Origin: Mantamonas sphyraenae STR306
Lineage: Eukaryota; Protista; CRuMs
Assembly (NCBI GenBank): GCA_026936335.1
Contig: JAPMXV010000056.1
Coordinates: 1 to 64,000 of the forward strand
DNA: 64,000 bases
Direction of reading: 5' to 3'
Positions 44,449-57,600 of this stretch are shown piece by piece. The notes below the pieces were generated by a model. The model made no database searches, had not been told where the DNA came from, and saw only the letters and a program-made list of their open reading frames with translations. Position 1 is the stretch's first letter. The number at the start of each line of letters is the position of its first letter. The position numbers were made by a program, and so were the translations under genes.

Positions 44449-45710
44449 ATGTCCTTCTCCTTTGCCGACATGGACTTGGAGTCGTACATCAACCAGTACG
44501 ATGGCTATACACGCCTTAAGCGCCTGGCTACCATCTACATGAAGGACGAAACCACTCGTACGTGTTTCCACGCTGGCTTTTCCATGTGTCGCGTCCACAC
44601 TTCCTCGCGTCAACAACGCCACGCTCCACTCCCCCCTTCCTCACCGTTGCAATTCCCTCCCACCCGTCGCCCCACCCCCATATCCATATCCCCGCCTTCA
44701 CCCCCGCTTCCACCATGCGCCCATCTCTTCGCCGCCTTGCCGCCTTGCTTACCCGGCGCTTTGCCCCGATCTCCACCGCCTTGTTTCCCCTCCCGAACTC
44801 TCATCCCGCTCTTGGAACCACAGGCGCTCAGAGCGGCCCACTCCTCATGGCCGAGCTCAAATCGGGTGTCAACACAAAGATGTACGAGACGCTGATGGTA
44901 CGTACCTGTCTCCTTCCTCCTGGCACCCAGAAAAAGCTTTCCGGCTTCGCCACGAATTCTGAGGATGCTCTCGCCCCTCCTGTCCAAGCCACAACCCATT
45001 CTGCCTGCCCTCCTGCCACTCACACCCACCCCCCTCCATGCGCTGTGCGTGCTCCAATTCCTCATCCACAGGCAACGGCTGCAGAAACCGGCGCAGAGGG
45101 CCTGGACCAGGAGATTGATGCGGAGTGGGTCGCTGCCACAAACGAGGCCTGCCAGGCCGAGCTGGATAAGCTCGAGGTTGAACTCAGCACCTATCGGCAA
45201 AACCTCATCAAGGAGAGCATCCGCATGAGGCACAACGACATCGGCGAGCATCACTATCGCCGTGGCGACCTCAACGATGCTCTCAAGAGCTTTGTCCGCT
45301 CCCGCGACTTTTGCTCCACCCCTGCCCACAACCTGGCCATGTGCGAAAGCGTCATCACAACCTCTGTCGACATGGACAATTTTGCACACGTCGTCAGCTA
45401 TGTCTCACGTGCACGCGCCACCGCCCAGATCGACGCACAGATGCAGTCCAAACTCCAGGCCGCCTCTGCCCTCGCCAACCTCGAAAGCAGAAAGTACAAG
45501 CAGGCTGCTCGTGCCTTTATGTCTGTTGGCTACAGTATGGGCAGCTCGTTCAACAAGGTTATCGCCCCGCACGACATTGCCATCTACGGCGCTCTCTGTG
45601 CCCTCGCTGCCTTTGACCGACGTGAGCTTGCCTCTCGCCTCGACTTCAAATCATCTGCAAAGGCTGCACAGTCGGACGAAAGCTCAGCTTCCCAGTCTGC
45701 GAGCAGCAGC

Positions 45711-45742
<32 letters not shown>

Positions 45743-46361
45743 TGCTTCCGCCAACGAACCGGCTGCTGGCGAAACAGCCAAGGGAAGTGACTTTGTCCAA
45801 TACCTCGATCTCGTGCCCAACGTCCGTGAGATGATGCGTGACTTTTACAATTCCCGCTACCAGAGCTGCCTCGCCCAGCTCAACCAGTTGCAGCGTGAGC
45901 TTTCCCTCGACATCCATTTGCACGACCACGTCGAAACGCTCATCAGCAAAATCCGCCAGAAGGCTTTGGTGCAGTACGCAAGCCCCTTTGTGTCTGTCCG
46001 CCTCACTACCATGGCCGAGGCATTTGGCGTCTCAACCACCGAGCTTGAGAAGGAGCTGGCCGCCCTCATCCGCGCAGGCGACATCAGCGCACGCATCGAC
46101 TCTCACAACAGCATCCTCTATGCCCGCTACGCCAACCAGCGCACAAACACCTTCAACAAGGCCCTCCGAGTGGGCCAAACCTACCAGCGTGACACGAAAG
46201 CCCTTCTCCTCCGCCTTAGCCTCCTCCGCAGCGACTTTATCGTCAAGGCCTCCCGAGCAGAGAAGCTTGAGTGGGAGCGTGTCGATCACCGTGCACGCAA
46301 CGACCAGAGCGAGGACGAGGCTGTCGCACGCGCCATGCAGGAGAGCATGGTCGAAGGCTGA
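44449..46361 (+). CDS. CSN1: COP9 signalosome subunit 1 (introns 44558-44823, 44898-45071)
   Basis: DLESYI.QY.G.TR..RL, NLIKESIR, RSRDFC, YGALCALA.FDR, PCI domain ARIDSHN.IL. Confidence 0.93.
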
Positions 46362-46386
46362 TCACACACACAATGCACCTCAACTT

Positions 46387-46530
46387 CATTTCATTTTGCA
46401 TTGCTCACCCAGCCACAAACTTGGTGAACCACGGCTCCTCCTCGCAGTGCTCACGAGCATTTCATTTTGCATTGCTCACCCAGCCACAAACTTGGTGAAC
46501 CACGGCTCCTCCTCGCAGTGCTCACGAGCA
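46387..46530. repeat. Perfect 71-bp tandem duplication covering the IRE1 C-terminus and stop codon
   Basis: catttcattttgcattgctcacccagcc...ctcacgag starts at 46387 and again at 46458. Confidence 0.95.
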
Positions 46531-49500
46531 AAGTTGAACGTGCGAATCAGCAGCTCTGGAAACTTGCGCTTCCAAAAACGCAAGTATCCATCTGGGAATG
46601 GCCCCATCATCTTCTGCAACCCCTCGTCCATATCTCTAAAATGGTTCTTCTTGTTGCGCACCACGCGTAACAGGTCTCTTGCCAAAGTCCCGTCGTACTT
46701 GCGGTACGACCCCAAGTTTTCCAGCAGCTCTGGCTCCAGGGCGTCCAGCCAATTGCCCTTCAACACACGTGCCATGCTGCTCTCAAAGCGCACCACTATA
46801 AACGATGATGCCTTCTCCACCTCCAGGCGGTCGCTCGCCTCGCTCAGAAAGTTCAGCTGCTTGTCCACTGTCCAGAACAGCACGTGCTGCCGCACCTCGC
46901 TGGCTGTTGGTCTTCGCCGCACGTCCTTGTGGATCATACGACCCACCAGGTCCTTTGCCTCGGGCAGGTGATCCAACGCACTCAGGTCCGCTCGTCCTTC
47001 CAGCACGTTCAGCTCGCGCTGGTATCGGTCACCAAACGGATGCGAGCCTCCGCTCAGGACGTAGAAAAAGATGCACCCTGCAGAAAAGATGTCGACGGAG
47101 CGTGTCATGCGCTCTCCTCGCAGCATCTCTGGTGCCTGCCAACCCATCGTCCCTGCCTTGTCCGCTTTCGTTTCAAAGGACGACCTGTCCACTTCCAACT
47201 TCTTCGCCAGGCCCATGTCGCTGATCTTGATCCGCCCACTTTGCGTCACAAGCACGTTCTGTGGCTTGAGATCCCGGTGCACAATGTTCATCTCGTGCAG
47301 GTGTGCCAGTCCGCTCATGATTTCCTCCAACAGCCTCAGCGTAAACTCAGGCACCTCTCTAACCTCCAATTCGTGTTCCTCGATCTCTTTGCGCAGCTCA
47401 TCTGCACCCCGATGTTTTCTAGACCATCGCCCGCCCTTCCACGGGCCCTCGCCTTCACCTCCATCCTGCAATTCCTTGATCTGGTTCTTGCCCTTGCCCT
47501 TGCCCTTGCCCTTCCCTTTGCCTCTTCCTTTGCCCCTGTCTTTTCCTTTGCCTTTCCTCCCGTCACTTCCGCTGCTCCCTCCACTGCTGCTTCCTCCACT
47601 GCTGCTCCCGCCGCTCCTGTCCTCTCCGCGTGTTCCAGACGACGTGCGTTCCTCCATCAGCTCCACATTGTCAGGAACCTCTTCGATACGCCCGTGCACG
47701 TGCGCTCCATGCTCCACGATCGAAGACAGCGTGTGTGAACACAACTCCAGAGCCAGAAACACAAACTGCGGGTTCTCTTCCTTCACAAAGTATCGAATGA
47801 TGTTTGGGTGTTCGTCCAGCTCCAGTAGCAGTTCTATCTCCTTGTCTGCCACGTCGTAAAAAGCGCGAAGCAGCCTTTTCACCGCCACACGCCGCTGGTT
47901 GATCAACCCTTCGTACACAATCGTCCCTGCGCTGCCAAACCCCAACACCCGATCCGTCATTCGCAATGAACCCACTTGCGTGATTCCAGGCTCCACTTCC
48001 TCCCCTGCAAGTTGACCCGCTGCATCTTCTGCGTCTTCCACAGGCTGCCCTGTGCGTCCGCCTCCAACCGCCACCTTGCCCTTGTCCTCATTCTTGTGCC
48101 CTTCTGCGCTCCCTTTGCCAGCTTCGGCAAGTGCACGCTCCATCTCCCGTCTCTGTTCCTCCAAAATCCTCTGATTCTCTTCCATCTGCTGTTGCGTCCG
48201 CCTGTAGTACGCGTAAAACTGCCACGCCAGAAACGCCGAAAGCGCGTACAACCCAAGCACCTCGGCATCCTCCCAAAAGTCCTCGTCTGTGTAGTCTTCG
48301 TCCGGGAGCAGCCACGTGTCCAGCCAATTCAACCCGGCGCCCATCTTGCCATCGTTCTCCTTTCGCTCCTCCTCTTCTTCCTCCTGCTCCTTCTTCTCCG
48401 GACCCCCACCATCTTCTTCATCCTCATGCTCGTCCTCTCCAACCTCACTTTGGTCATCTTCGTCCACTTCATCTCCTTCCTCCCCTGTGTCGACGTCACC
48501 TTCGCTCTCCGTGTCCACACTACCCAACGGCAAAGCCTGCACATCTGCATCCTCCCCATCCGTGTCGTCGCCACCCTCTGTGTCCAGTTCCGCGTTGTCG
48601 CATTTGGTGTACTCGTCGTCCATCATGAATTGGTGGACGCCCAACACCCCCATCCTTGTGTCCACCTTGGCGAGCCGAACTTGCGTCCCTTGCATCGTCG
48701 GCACAAGGGCACTCACCCTCGAATGTTCCCCTTCATCGTCGCCTTCAACGCCTCCGTCAGCTGCATGCTTGCCCTCACCCGTCTGTGGCACATCTCTTGT
48801 GTCGCCCTCGAGCATCAGCTGCTCCACATGTCTCCCGTCCAGTTTACCTTGCACAGTCCCGCTCTTATACACAGGAGACATCAAGTGCTTCTTGTGTGCC
48901 GCTTCCACCATCGCACGACGTGCAAGCACCACTCCAGCCTCCTCTCGTGCCATGGTCGGACGATCCACAACAAACATTTGGTCCCCTTCCCGCCCCACGT
49001 ACGCAGTCGCACGCATCATCGACTTGGCCATTGTGTGTCGTCTTAGATCAAGCACTGCATGTGCTGCCAGCTCCCTCGACTGCTCACGTTCCTCCGCGTG
49101 CCGTGACGCAGTGCGTTTCACAAACGCCTCCCCGCTCACTGCAAACACGGAGGTCACAGGCGCCCCCAGGCTCGCATTCCAATACAAGCGTCCATTGACA
49201 GGGTCCACAGAACTTAGTACGCCATCCACGTCCGTTTCCAACGTTGGCGACCGCGCAAGAAGCTCGCTTTGCACGACCCGACTCGGCTTTCTCCCGCGTG
49301 CCGACGACGTAAACTCTGTGTAGCTCACCTTCCACTTGGCCAAACCACTCTCTCCATCCACCACATGCACAGTGTACGTCGACATACCGACAAACAGAGC
49401 GTCGCGAGGTATCTTCTCGCACTGTCCGTCGCTCGTACCCTCCACGGCGACAGACGCGTACAGCCGCCCTGTTTGTGCATCCACCGCCAACAAACGGCTC

Positions 49501-50194
49501 TCCTTGCTACCCACAAACACGGTGCCGTCGTCCGACGTAAACGGTGACGAGGCCACCAGCTGCCGCGCACTCAAAGGCAGTTTCTGGAAATGGCGCCGTT
49601 GTGTGTTAGTCCTCTTGCTGGATGCCGTGTCCCTGCCTCGCTGTACCCGGCCAGCATATCGCGCTCCACACTCACCTGAAGTCCGTCGTCGTCGCTGTAA
49701 AAGTACACAGAGCCGTCCAGGCCAGGAAGAAAGACGTGCTGCTCTCCGGCCTCTTCTTCCGACCCGCCGCTGCGCTCGCTGCTTTCCACCACACGCCCCT
49801 GGTGTGCACGCAGAGTCCAAACGTGCTTTCCGCTCATCGAGTGAATGGCATGCACTACGCCGTCCATTGTCCCGACCAGCAGCAGTTGCTCGGGGTCTAC
49901 CCACGGATCAAACGTCGGTCCGTTCCAAACCTGTATCGTCCCTTCTCCTTGTCCCTTGCCGTTCTTGGCGTGTTCACTCCGTTCCTCTGCGGTCTGCTGC
50001 CACCGTGCGTCATTCCAATGCAATCTCGGGCTGTACACATACTCGGAGGTGTTGCACGCCGCCGGTGACGTCAGCACCGCCAGCACGGCGACACATACCA
50101 ACGCTACCAAACCCAGCCGCACCCCAGGCACCCTTGACTTGCCAACATGCCCCTTGCAAGACTGTGCGCATGTGCTCACACGCCAATTCAGCAT
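46476..50194 (-). CDS. IRE1: IRE1 ER-stress sensor kinase/endoribonuclease (intron 49584-49675)
   Basis: Luminal LLLVGTMDG, FLPGLDGS.Y, KLPLS..QLV.SSPF; TM helix; kinase GFGSAGT, HRDLKPQN, ISDMGLAK; KEN domain DLLR.VRNK.NH. Start codon uncertain. Confidence 0.93.
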
Positions 50195-50223
50195 TGTTTT
50201 GTTGTTTTCAGCGCACGCGCACC

Positions 50224-53200
50224 CTACGCTGTCTCCCCACCCTCGCCAGCACCCTCACCAGCACCTTCAGCACCCTCCATGCTCGCCTTTAGTGCTGCTT
50301 CAAGTGCTGCCTCCTCGTCGTAGCCCGCCGGCTGGAAAATGTCAATGTGCAGCCCTGTTTCCACACGTGCATTGAAAGGGTGATTGCTGATCCCGCCCGA
50401 TGCAGACATAAAAAGTTCCTGCTTCTCCACCTCGATCAGGTTCTTTTCGCGGTTGTCCTTAAACAGCAGCAAGTCGCCATCCTCCAGACGCAATTTGTCC
50501 ACCGTTACGGGCTTGTGCGAATCCTGCGTGGGCATCAGCCACTTCAGACCTGCGATCGTTTCAAACTCTCGCATCTGGTACGTCATTGGCTTTACAAACG
50601 CCAGGTGTTCATAGTCGATGCCTGTCAGCTCGGCCAAAGCCTCGCGCAGGCCCAGCAGATGCAACTTGCGTGACACCACCAGCTCAAACTTCTTTCCCAG
50701 CTTCCAATCTGCCGGGAACCATCGCTGGCCAACCAGCACCAGCGAATCACGCGTGATGTTTGTGTCTGGTTCCACCAATAGCTGAATGGCCACCTCCGTG
50801 CCGTCACCCAGGTTGCGGATGCTCTCCTTCAGCGTCAGGCCGTCGTGAAGCAGCCTCTCGATCCGCGCGCCAAACTTGTGTCGCAACCGAATCAATTGGG
50901 GTCCCGAGCCCACCAACGCCGCAGCCTGCTCCCGCAGTTCCTCCACCTGCATGTTTTCGTGCACAATCACCTCCGACAGCTGCACATACTCCGGCTTGCG
51001 CTTGTCCTTGTACGACGCATCCGCCTTCTTGCTCCCTGAAGACGACGATGCGCCAGCGCCGTCTCCTTCGTTGCTGCGCAGCAGCTTTTCTCCGCCCTCA
51101 TCGTCCAACAGCACCTTTTCGACGCGCACCTCGCCGGCACTGCTCATCACTCCCGACGCGTTGCTGTTGTCTTCCTTGGACTCGACAACCACGTTGACTG
51201 CGCTTCGTGCCGCCTCTGCGTACGACGGCTTGCCACCCTTGGGGTCCTTCAGAACCTCCTGGTTGTACTTTTCGTCCAGCGGGTTCTCCATCAACACAAG
51301 TCGGATCTGGTGCTCTTGTGCACTCATCGATTTGCCCAGCTCCACAATGACTCCCGATCCATCCGAGAGGCCGCACGTGTTGATGCGCTTCTCGTCCTCT
51401 TTCAGTGCCATCGACATAAAGTTGGCCTTGTACAGCGCAAAGTCTCCCACGGCCACTCCGATCCTCTTGCCGATCATGGCCTTGAGCGTGCCAATGGTGT
51501 CCCGCTTGTCCAGTGTCACACGCTCCGTCATCACGGGCTCCTCCGGGTTCTCCACAGGGTTGTTGAACACCAGCGTGATGCTGAAGCGCATCTTTTCAAA
51601 GTACGACAGCACCAGCGAGCCGTTGAGCTTGATGCGGTGAGCCTGCGAACTCAGCTCCGAGTTGGTCGAGTACAGCTGCGCCTCAGCTGCAAGCGACGCC
51701 ACGCGTGCCTCCTCGCTCACTTCGTCTGCGTTTCTCCACATACAGCGTGTTACCCATCATGATGCGCAGTTCGCTCTTCAGCTTTTTGTTTTCTGCCTCA
51801 GATCGGAATTCCTTCCCGTCCGCAGTGAAAAAGCGCAGCTTCTCCACCGCCTCATCCGTCTCCAGTTCCAGCTGCGCGCCCACGACCTGGCGCAACGAGC
51901 TCAACGGTGCATCGCGTTCCAGCTGCACCGTGAAGGGCTCGTCGGCTACCACGTCGCTTGCAAACTGCGACTCGTTGCCACTTGCTCCAGAGCTGCTGCT
52001 GCTGCCGCTGCTGTTGCTCGTGTCACGGTGCACGTAGACCACCCGAATCATCGTGTCTGTGGCGCGGAACGGCGAAAAGGATTCGCCTTCTTCCTTGGTT
52101 TCCATGCACAGCACCTTGCCGTTTTCAAACCCCAACTCGTCCAGCGTACTCTCCTCCAGGCCTTCGTACGTCTCCTCGGGCATCTCGATGTACAGATTGT
52201 ACGAGCGAAGGCGTGCGTTGTCTGCAGACACACCCTGTTTGTCCAGCTCCATCACCTGCATGGCCTCTGCCTTGAGATCGGCCAGCGTCTTGCTGCGATC
52301 CATCGCCATGTTGTACTGCACCTCGCCCAGAATGATCTGCAGACGCAGGATCTGCATGCGTCGCTTGTACTCCTTCTCTTCCTCCTCAAACTTGGCCTTG
52401 TACTCCTCAATCTCTTCCCGCAGATACGACGGCACCGTGTCTTCCGACACCTCGTCCACGTTGCGCTCTGGCAGGACCTGCCTGTAGATCAGCATGTATG
52501 CGTTGGCAACAGCAGACACATGGAAGCGCTTCTTGCCCTTCAGACCCATTTCCGCAACCTTGACGTCTTCCTCCTTCTCAGTCACGCCAAACGAGCCCAG
52601 TTGCACATCCTCCCATGCGACCTCGGTCACCTGACTGTCGTTGAAGTTGTACCATCTGCCCTTGCGCTCAAATGGCCGGATGTACGCATAGTAGTGGCCT
52701 CCCATGGCATTGCCGCTGTGCACCATCACTGCGTACAGCTGGTAGACAAACGGTCCGTTTGCGAGCGCACGCTCGATCTCAACCTGCTCTTTCGCCGTGT
52801 CTTGCTCCATCATCATGGTCAGGAACTCCGCTTGCGACAGCTGGCCCTCGTCTGCGTTGGCTTCCTTCTCCGCCTTGTCTCCGTCCGTGTTGATGCTTTC
52901 TTCTTTGGCCTGGTTTGCGCTTGACTCGATGTTTTCCACGTCCTCTTCACCCTGCTGTCCAGTGGGATACCATTCTGCCGGACGGAACTGCTCGACGCCT
53001 GTGCGCACGTACTTGTTCATGTCGAGCACACGCGGAAACTTGCACTCCGAGTTGATTTTGATGCGCGCCATTGTCGAGTAGTCGTAGTCGAAGCGCTTGA
53101 GCTGCAAGGAGAGTAGGTAGGGCAGTGATTTGAGGCGCAGGCCCTTGAGAGCATCCACCTTTTGGTTGCACCCGGAGCAGCCGTACTGGTTGTCTCCGTC

Positions 53201-54496
53201 CAGCAGCTCAGGCGTGGTGTAGGCATCCAGCGCGTCCAGCACAGAGGCCTGGCCACGCACGACCAGAGAGACGTCGTTGTACTCTTCGGTGCGGCTAGAG
53301 CGGTGGCCGCACGATTGACACTCGATGTAATCTTCCAGCTGGGCGGCAAACAGATCCTGCACGATGCTCACCTTGGCGTTCTTGACCTTGCTCTCGTTGC
53401 TTTCGCTGTCCACCTCCTGGCCGTCCACAGTGGTCACTTGCTTTGGCAGCCGCTCTGTGTGGTCGCCTTCGCCCTCGTACGGCTCGTAGCTCTTGAACGT
53501 CTGCTCGAGCGCATCAAACAACACGCGCTCCAGCTCCTGCACGTCCTGTTGCTGGAACGCCTCGGCTCCCGTCCATCCGAAGCTGTGTGTCAGTTCCCGC
53601 GTCTCTGCACATCCGGCGGGCGACAACTGCAGGTTGCAGAACAACTTTTGCATCTGGTAGGGAATGCACCGGTCCTTGGGACCGTGCCGCTCGTTGTACT
53701 GGTACTGGTACAGCGCAGCTCGGAACTCGTTGCTGAAGAACAGGCCTTGCAGGAGCGAGTTCATGTAGCATGTGGCGCCTGGTGTGGAGGGTGTGTACAC
53801 ATTGTGGGCAGCAGCGGACGACAACACCCGTTCCACGGTTGCCGCCAAAATTCACAGGATCACGTTTTGGTTGAAGCCACGACAGCCCCGCCCCACAGGT
53901 AGGTTGGTGTCCAAACAGGCCCACACAACACGATTGCGCGCACGGCATAAACACACATCGACACACGTGGTGTGCACACGGATTTGGTGCGTACACGAGT
54001 CAGTTGGTCGCGTTTGTGGCAGAAAAAAGCTCTCTTTGAGAGAGGGGCGGAAGCCAACTGGGGCAAACGGGGGCCCAAGAACGCGTCTTGCTTACGCGCT
54101 GCAACGTCGCAAAGCAACACACATCCTCACCAGCCTACCTTGGTTGTACAGGCCACGAAATCCCGTTTCTGGTTTGCGAAACAGATAGTAGGAGCCGTGT
54201 TGGACTGTGCCGTCGTCCTCGGCTCCTGGCGCGATCACCACGTGGCGCGACACCTTGTTGTCAAAGTTGACGGCGCCAAACGACACACGTGCACGCTGTG
54301 CAGCTGCATCAAACACCCGCCGCGGCTTCGCACCGCTGTTGTTCTTCTCGCACGCCTTGAGGTGCGCTTGCAGCCGATCTTCGGCAAAGTCACGCTTGCA
54401 GTACACACACTGCTTCTTGACCACCTCCTCATCAGGGTACGCCTCCTTCATCCAATCATACTGATTTCCGCCGCCAATCGGTCGTTCGTCCTCCAT
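50224..54496 (-). CDS. USP47/USP40-like ubiquitin-specific protease with N-terminal C2HC zinc finger, UBL-like repeats and C-terminal UIM (intron 53779-54138; frameshift near 51735)
   Basis: GLYNQG|ATCYMNS Cys box split by the intron; QQDVQE; LQLKRF; HSG..GGHYYAYI; FNDS; CVYCKRDF..DRL..H.KAC; DEEAALEAALKASM. Confidence 0.9.
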
Positions 54497-54664
54497 TGGG
54501 GGCAGTGGGTTTCCGGTGGCTGGGTCTGCGGACGCGACGGAGCCCCATGTGGGAGAGGGCTGGATTGAAACACCGCAACTGCAGCACATTCTTGGAATTC
54601 GCTGTTGCTGGACACATTTGCACGGAGCGGGCGATTTGCACCCACACAGCCAACACATCCACGG

Positions 54665-57600
54665 ATGACGACGGTCGGCCGACGCACTCTCCTCGTGCTT
54701 GCTACTCTGGCCATTCTACTCCCTGCTGTGTGGGCTTCATGCTCCTCGTGTGACGCACAGCACGGAACTTGCATCAACAACTACTGCGTGTGCGATGGCA
54801 CCCGTGCGGGTAAGAACTGCGACGTGCAGCGCGTCAATTTGACGATTGGCGGGCCAGCCGTGCAGATCACCGCCACTCAGTACAGTACCGCCCCCATTTT
54901 CTACGCCCTGCCCACCGCTGCGGACTCGGCCGCCTTCAAGACGCTTCGGTTCACTCTAACCAAGGTAAGAACAATACTTGCACATGTGCATACCGCATCG
55001 TGCACTCTCACGGGCCGAGCCCCACACTTTCCGGCGAATGCACGCAAAAAAAACGTGACACCGTCCGCTCACCTTTTCCCACCGCAAACAGGTCTCTGGA
55101 GACTGCTCCGACGTCCGCGCAGGGTTCAACACCATGTGCAACGGACATTTCAACCCGTCATACAATTGTCCCTCGTTCAGCAGTGACAACCAACGCGATC
55201 GCTCCCTTTCAGGAAACCTGGACGACTTGGGCAGCGTGGTCAACGACTGGCGCACCAAGGACAGCGACAAGCGTGACTGCGGTTGCACAGACACCCTTGT
55301 GGGCGAGTTTACAGGTCAGCTGGCCACCTCCAAATCGGATGGCAGTACCTGTGTGTATCAAGCCCAGGCTACCCTGTTGGACGCGTGCAACGGCCACGGC
55401 ACATACGACAGCGCCAACGACGCCTGCGCCTGCTCGGCAGGCTACGGTGGCCAGTTCTGTGGGTATGCCTTGACGCCTCTGACCACCAACACACCGCAAA
55501 CCATCACGGTGCCTCGAATCAACGACCTGTACTCGAGCAACGCCGTACCTGACGCTGTCAAGATGTTTGTGTTCGACGCCACCAACCCGGCCGTCCAGAA
55601 CTACGGCAATCTGGTCATGAACATGAGCCGTACCACAACCGACTGCACCTTGCGCTTTTCCTACCGCAGCAACTGCGGCGATGCAAGCTGCAACAACCGC
55701 TGGCCCACAGCTACCAGCAGCGACGGATCCACAAGCAACCGCTACCTCACCGCCTCCGCACCCGTCAGCTACGAGCGCGAAACCTCCCGCTCCAGCTGCT
55801 TCTGTTCGGGCAAGCCCGTCGTCAGTGGCACCTACTATATGTTCATCAGCAACAACCTCAAAACCGACTGCACCATCAACTTTGGCGCTTTTGTAGAGGA
55901 CAAGTGCTCCTACCACGGCACATACAACCCGGGGACAGGCAAGTGCTCGTGCCAGGCTGGCTTTGGCGGCAACTATTGCGATCACGTCCTCATGACCATC
56001 CAGAAGGACACGGCCGTGCAGCTCGACCTGCAGAAAGGCGGCGGCCAGCTCATGCTCTTTGACGCCGAACCGTTCAAGAACTACGGCTCGCTCAAGTTTG
56101 AAGCCACGGTCGGCACCTCGGTGCAGAACACAGCCGTGTCGTATTGTGAAAACGTGCGCATGGTCACCTCGTACTCCTGCGGCGGCTGTGACGACTCCTC
56201 CTGGCCCAGCGACACCACATCGCCGCAGGGCTCCATTACAGGCACACAGAACTGGGACTTTACAAACCCCAACTCGCTGACCAACAGTGCCACGGGCACG
56301 TGTGGCACCAGCTGTGGCTGCCCCAACAATCCGCGTGTGCCTGTTCGCGGCAAGATTCGCATCTGGCTGGAGAACCGCGTCACAGCGTCCAACTTTCCGT
56401 CGTGCCAGCTGTCGTTTACCGTGTCCATCCTCGACCGCTGTAGCTACCACGGCACTTACAGCGAGACCACGGGCAAGTGCACGTGCAATGCGGGCTACGG
56501 CGGCGACTCGTGCGAACTGCCCGCCATTGCTCTGTCTCCCACGTACGCCACACGCGTCACTCTCGCTGCGCAGGTGCCCCAACTCTACACCTTTGACCTC
56601 TCCACCATCAACAAGCCTGGTCAGATCTGATCAACATGACCAAGGTGTCCGGCGACTGCAGCTACATGTCTGTGTACACCTCACAGACCTGTACCGACCC
56701 GTGCATGGACTCCAACTGGCCCTCTAGCAGCAACTCGCTGTCCAGTTCTTCCGGCACCGATCTCGACACCGGCCGGTACCGCTCGACCATCAGCAGCACC
56801 AAGAGCTCCTGTGGATGTAGCGGTGCCAACCAGCTCTCAGGCACCTATCGTGTCCAGGTGTTCAACCGCGAAAGCACCACGAGCAGCTCGGGCGCATGCA
56901 CCCTTGACTGGGGCTTCGTCATGCTCGACGAGTGCAACCTGCGCGGCACCTACGACAGCAACGCTGGCAAGTGTATTTGCACCTCGCCCCAGTACGGCGG
57001 CGACAAGTGCGAGTATCTCCTGCGCGACATGACCATCAACACATTTGCTCCCGTTGACCTGGTGCGCAACGACAACCTGGACGTCCCCGAATCCGGCGCT
57101 GTCATGTACCGCCTCGACGCGACCAGCATCAACAACTGGGGCAACCTCGTGTTCAACATGACCAAGACTGCAGGCGACTGTACAAACCTGCGCTGGGGCA
57201 TCACATACAACTGCGGCTCGCCGCAATGCAACAACGTGTGGCCCTCTGCATCCAGCTCGTACATTAGCGGCGGCTCCGTGGTCGACGCGTCCACCACACA
57301 GACACTCACCGTCACGTCCGGTTCGCACACCAAGTGCACCTGCACGGACAAACCCACGGTTTCCGGCAACTTCTACCTGTACATCGGCCCGCAGTCGTCC
57401 TCCACCTGCTCGCTGAACGTGGGCGCTTTCCTCGACGACGCATGTTCTTATCACGGCACCTACCGCACCTCGGACCAGAAGTGCCTTTGCGACGCAGGCT
57501 ACGGCGGCGAACGATGCCAGTACGAAACGACACCGATGTACGTGAGCACGCCGCAGACCATTTCCTTGCAAAAGGGCGAAAAGCGCTTCTTTGTGTTTGA

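Noticed and set aside
45701-45742. (AGC)n run and similar Ser-, Gly- or Lys-rich microsatellites; (CA)n at ~13321 and ~41691
   Set aside because: Ordinary low-complexity coding linkers or intronic microsatellites.
53870-53990. Plus-strand spliced-leader RNA (CACAG|GTAGGT followed by GATTTGG)
   Set aside because: The Sm-like site has only three U and no array context; the motif is better explained as the complement of the host intron's donor.
56620-56640. Stop-codon reassignment or readthrough at the TGA ending ORF 55134..56630
   Set aside because: The continuation is in a different frame, and TAA, TAG and TGA all terminate genes normally elsewhere.
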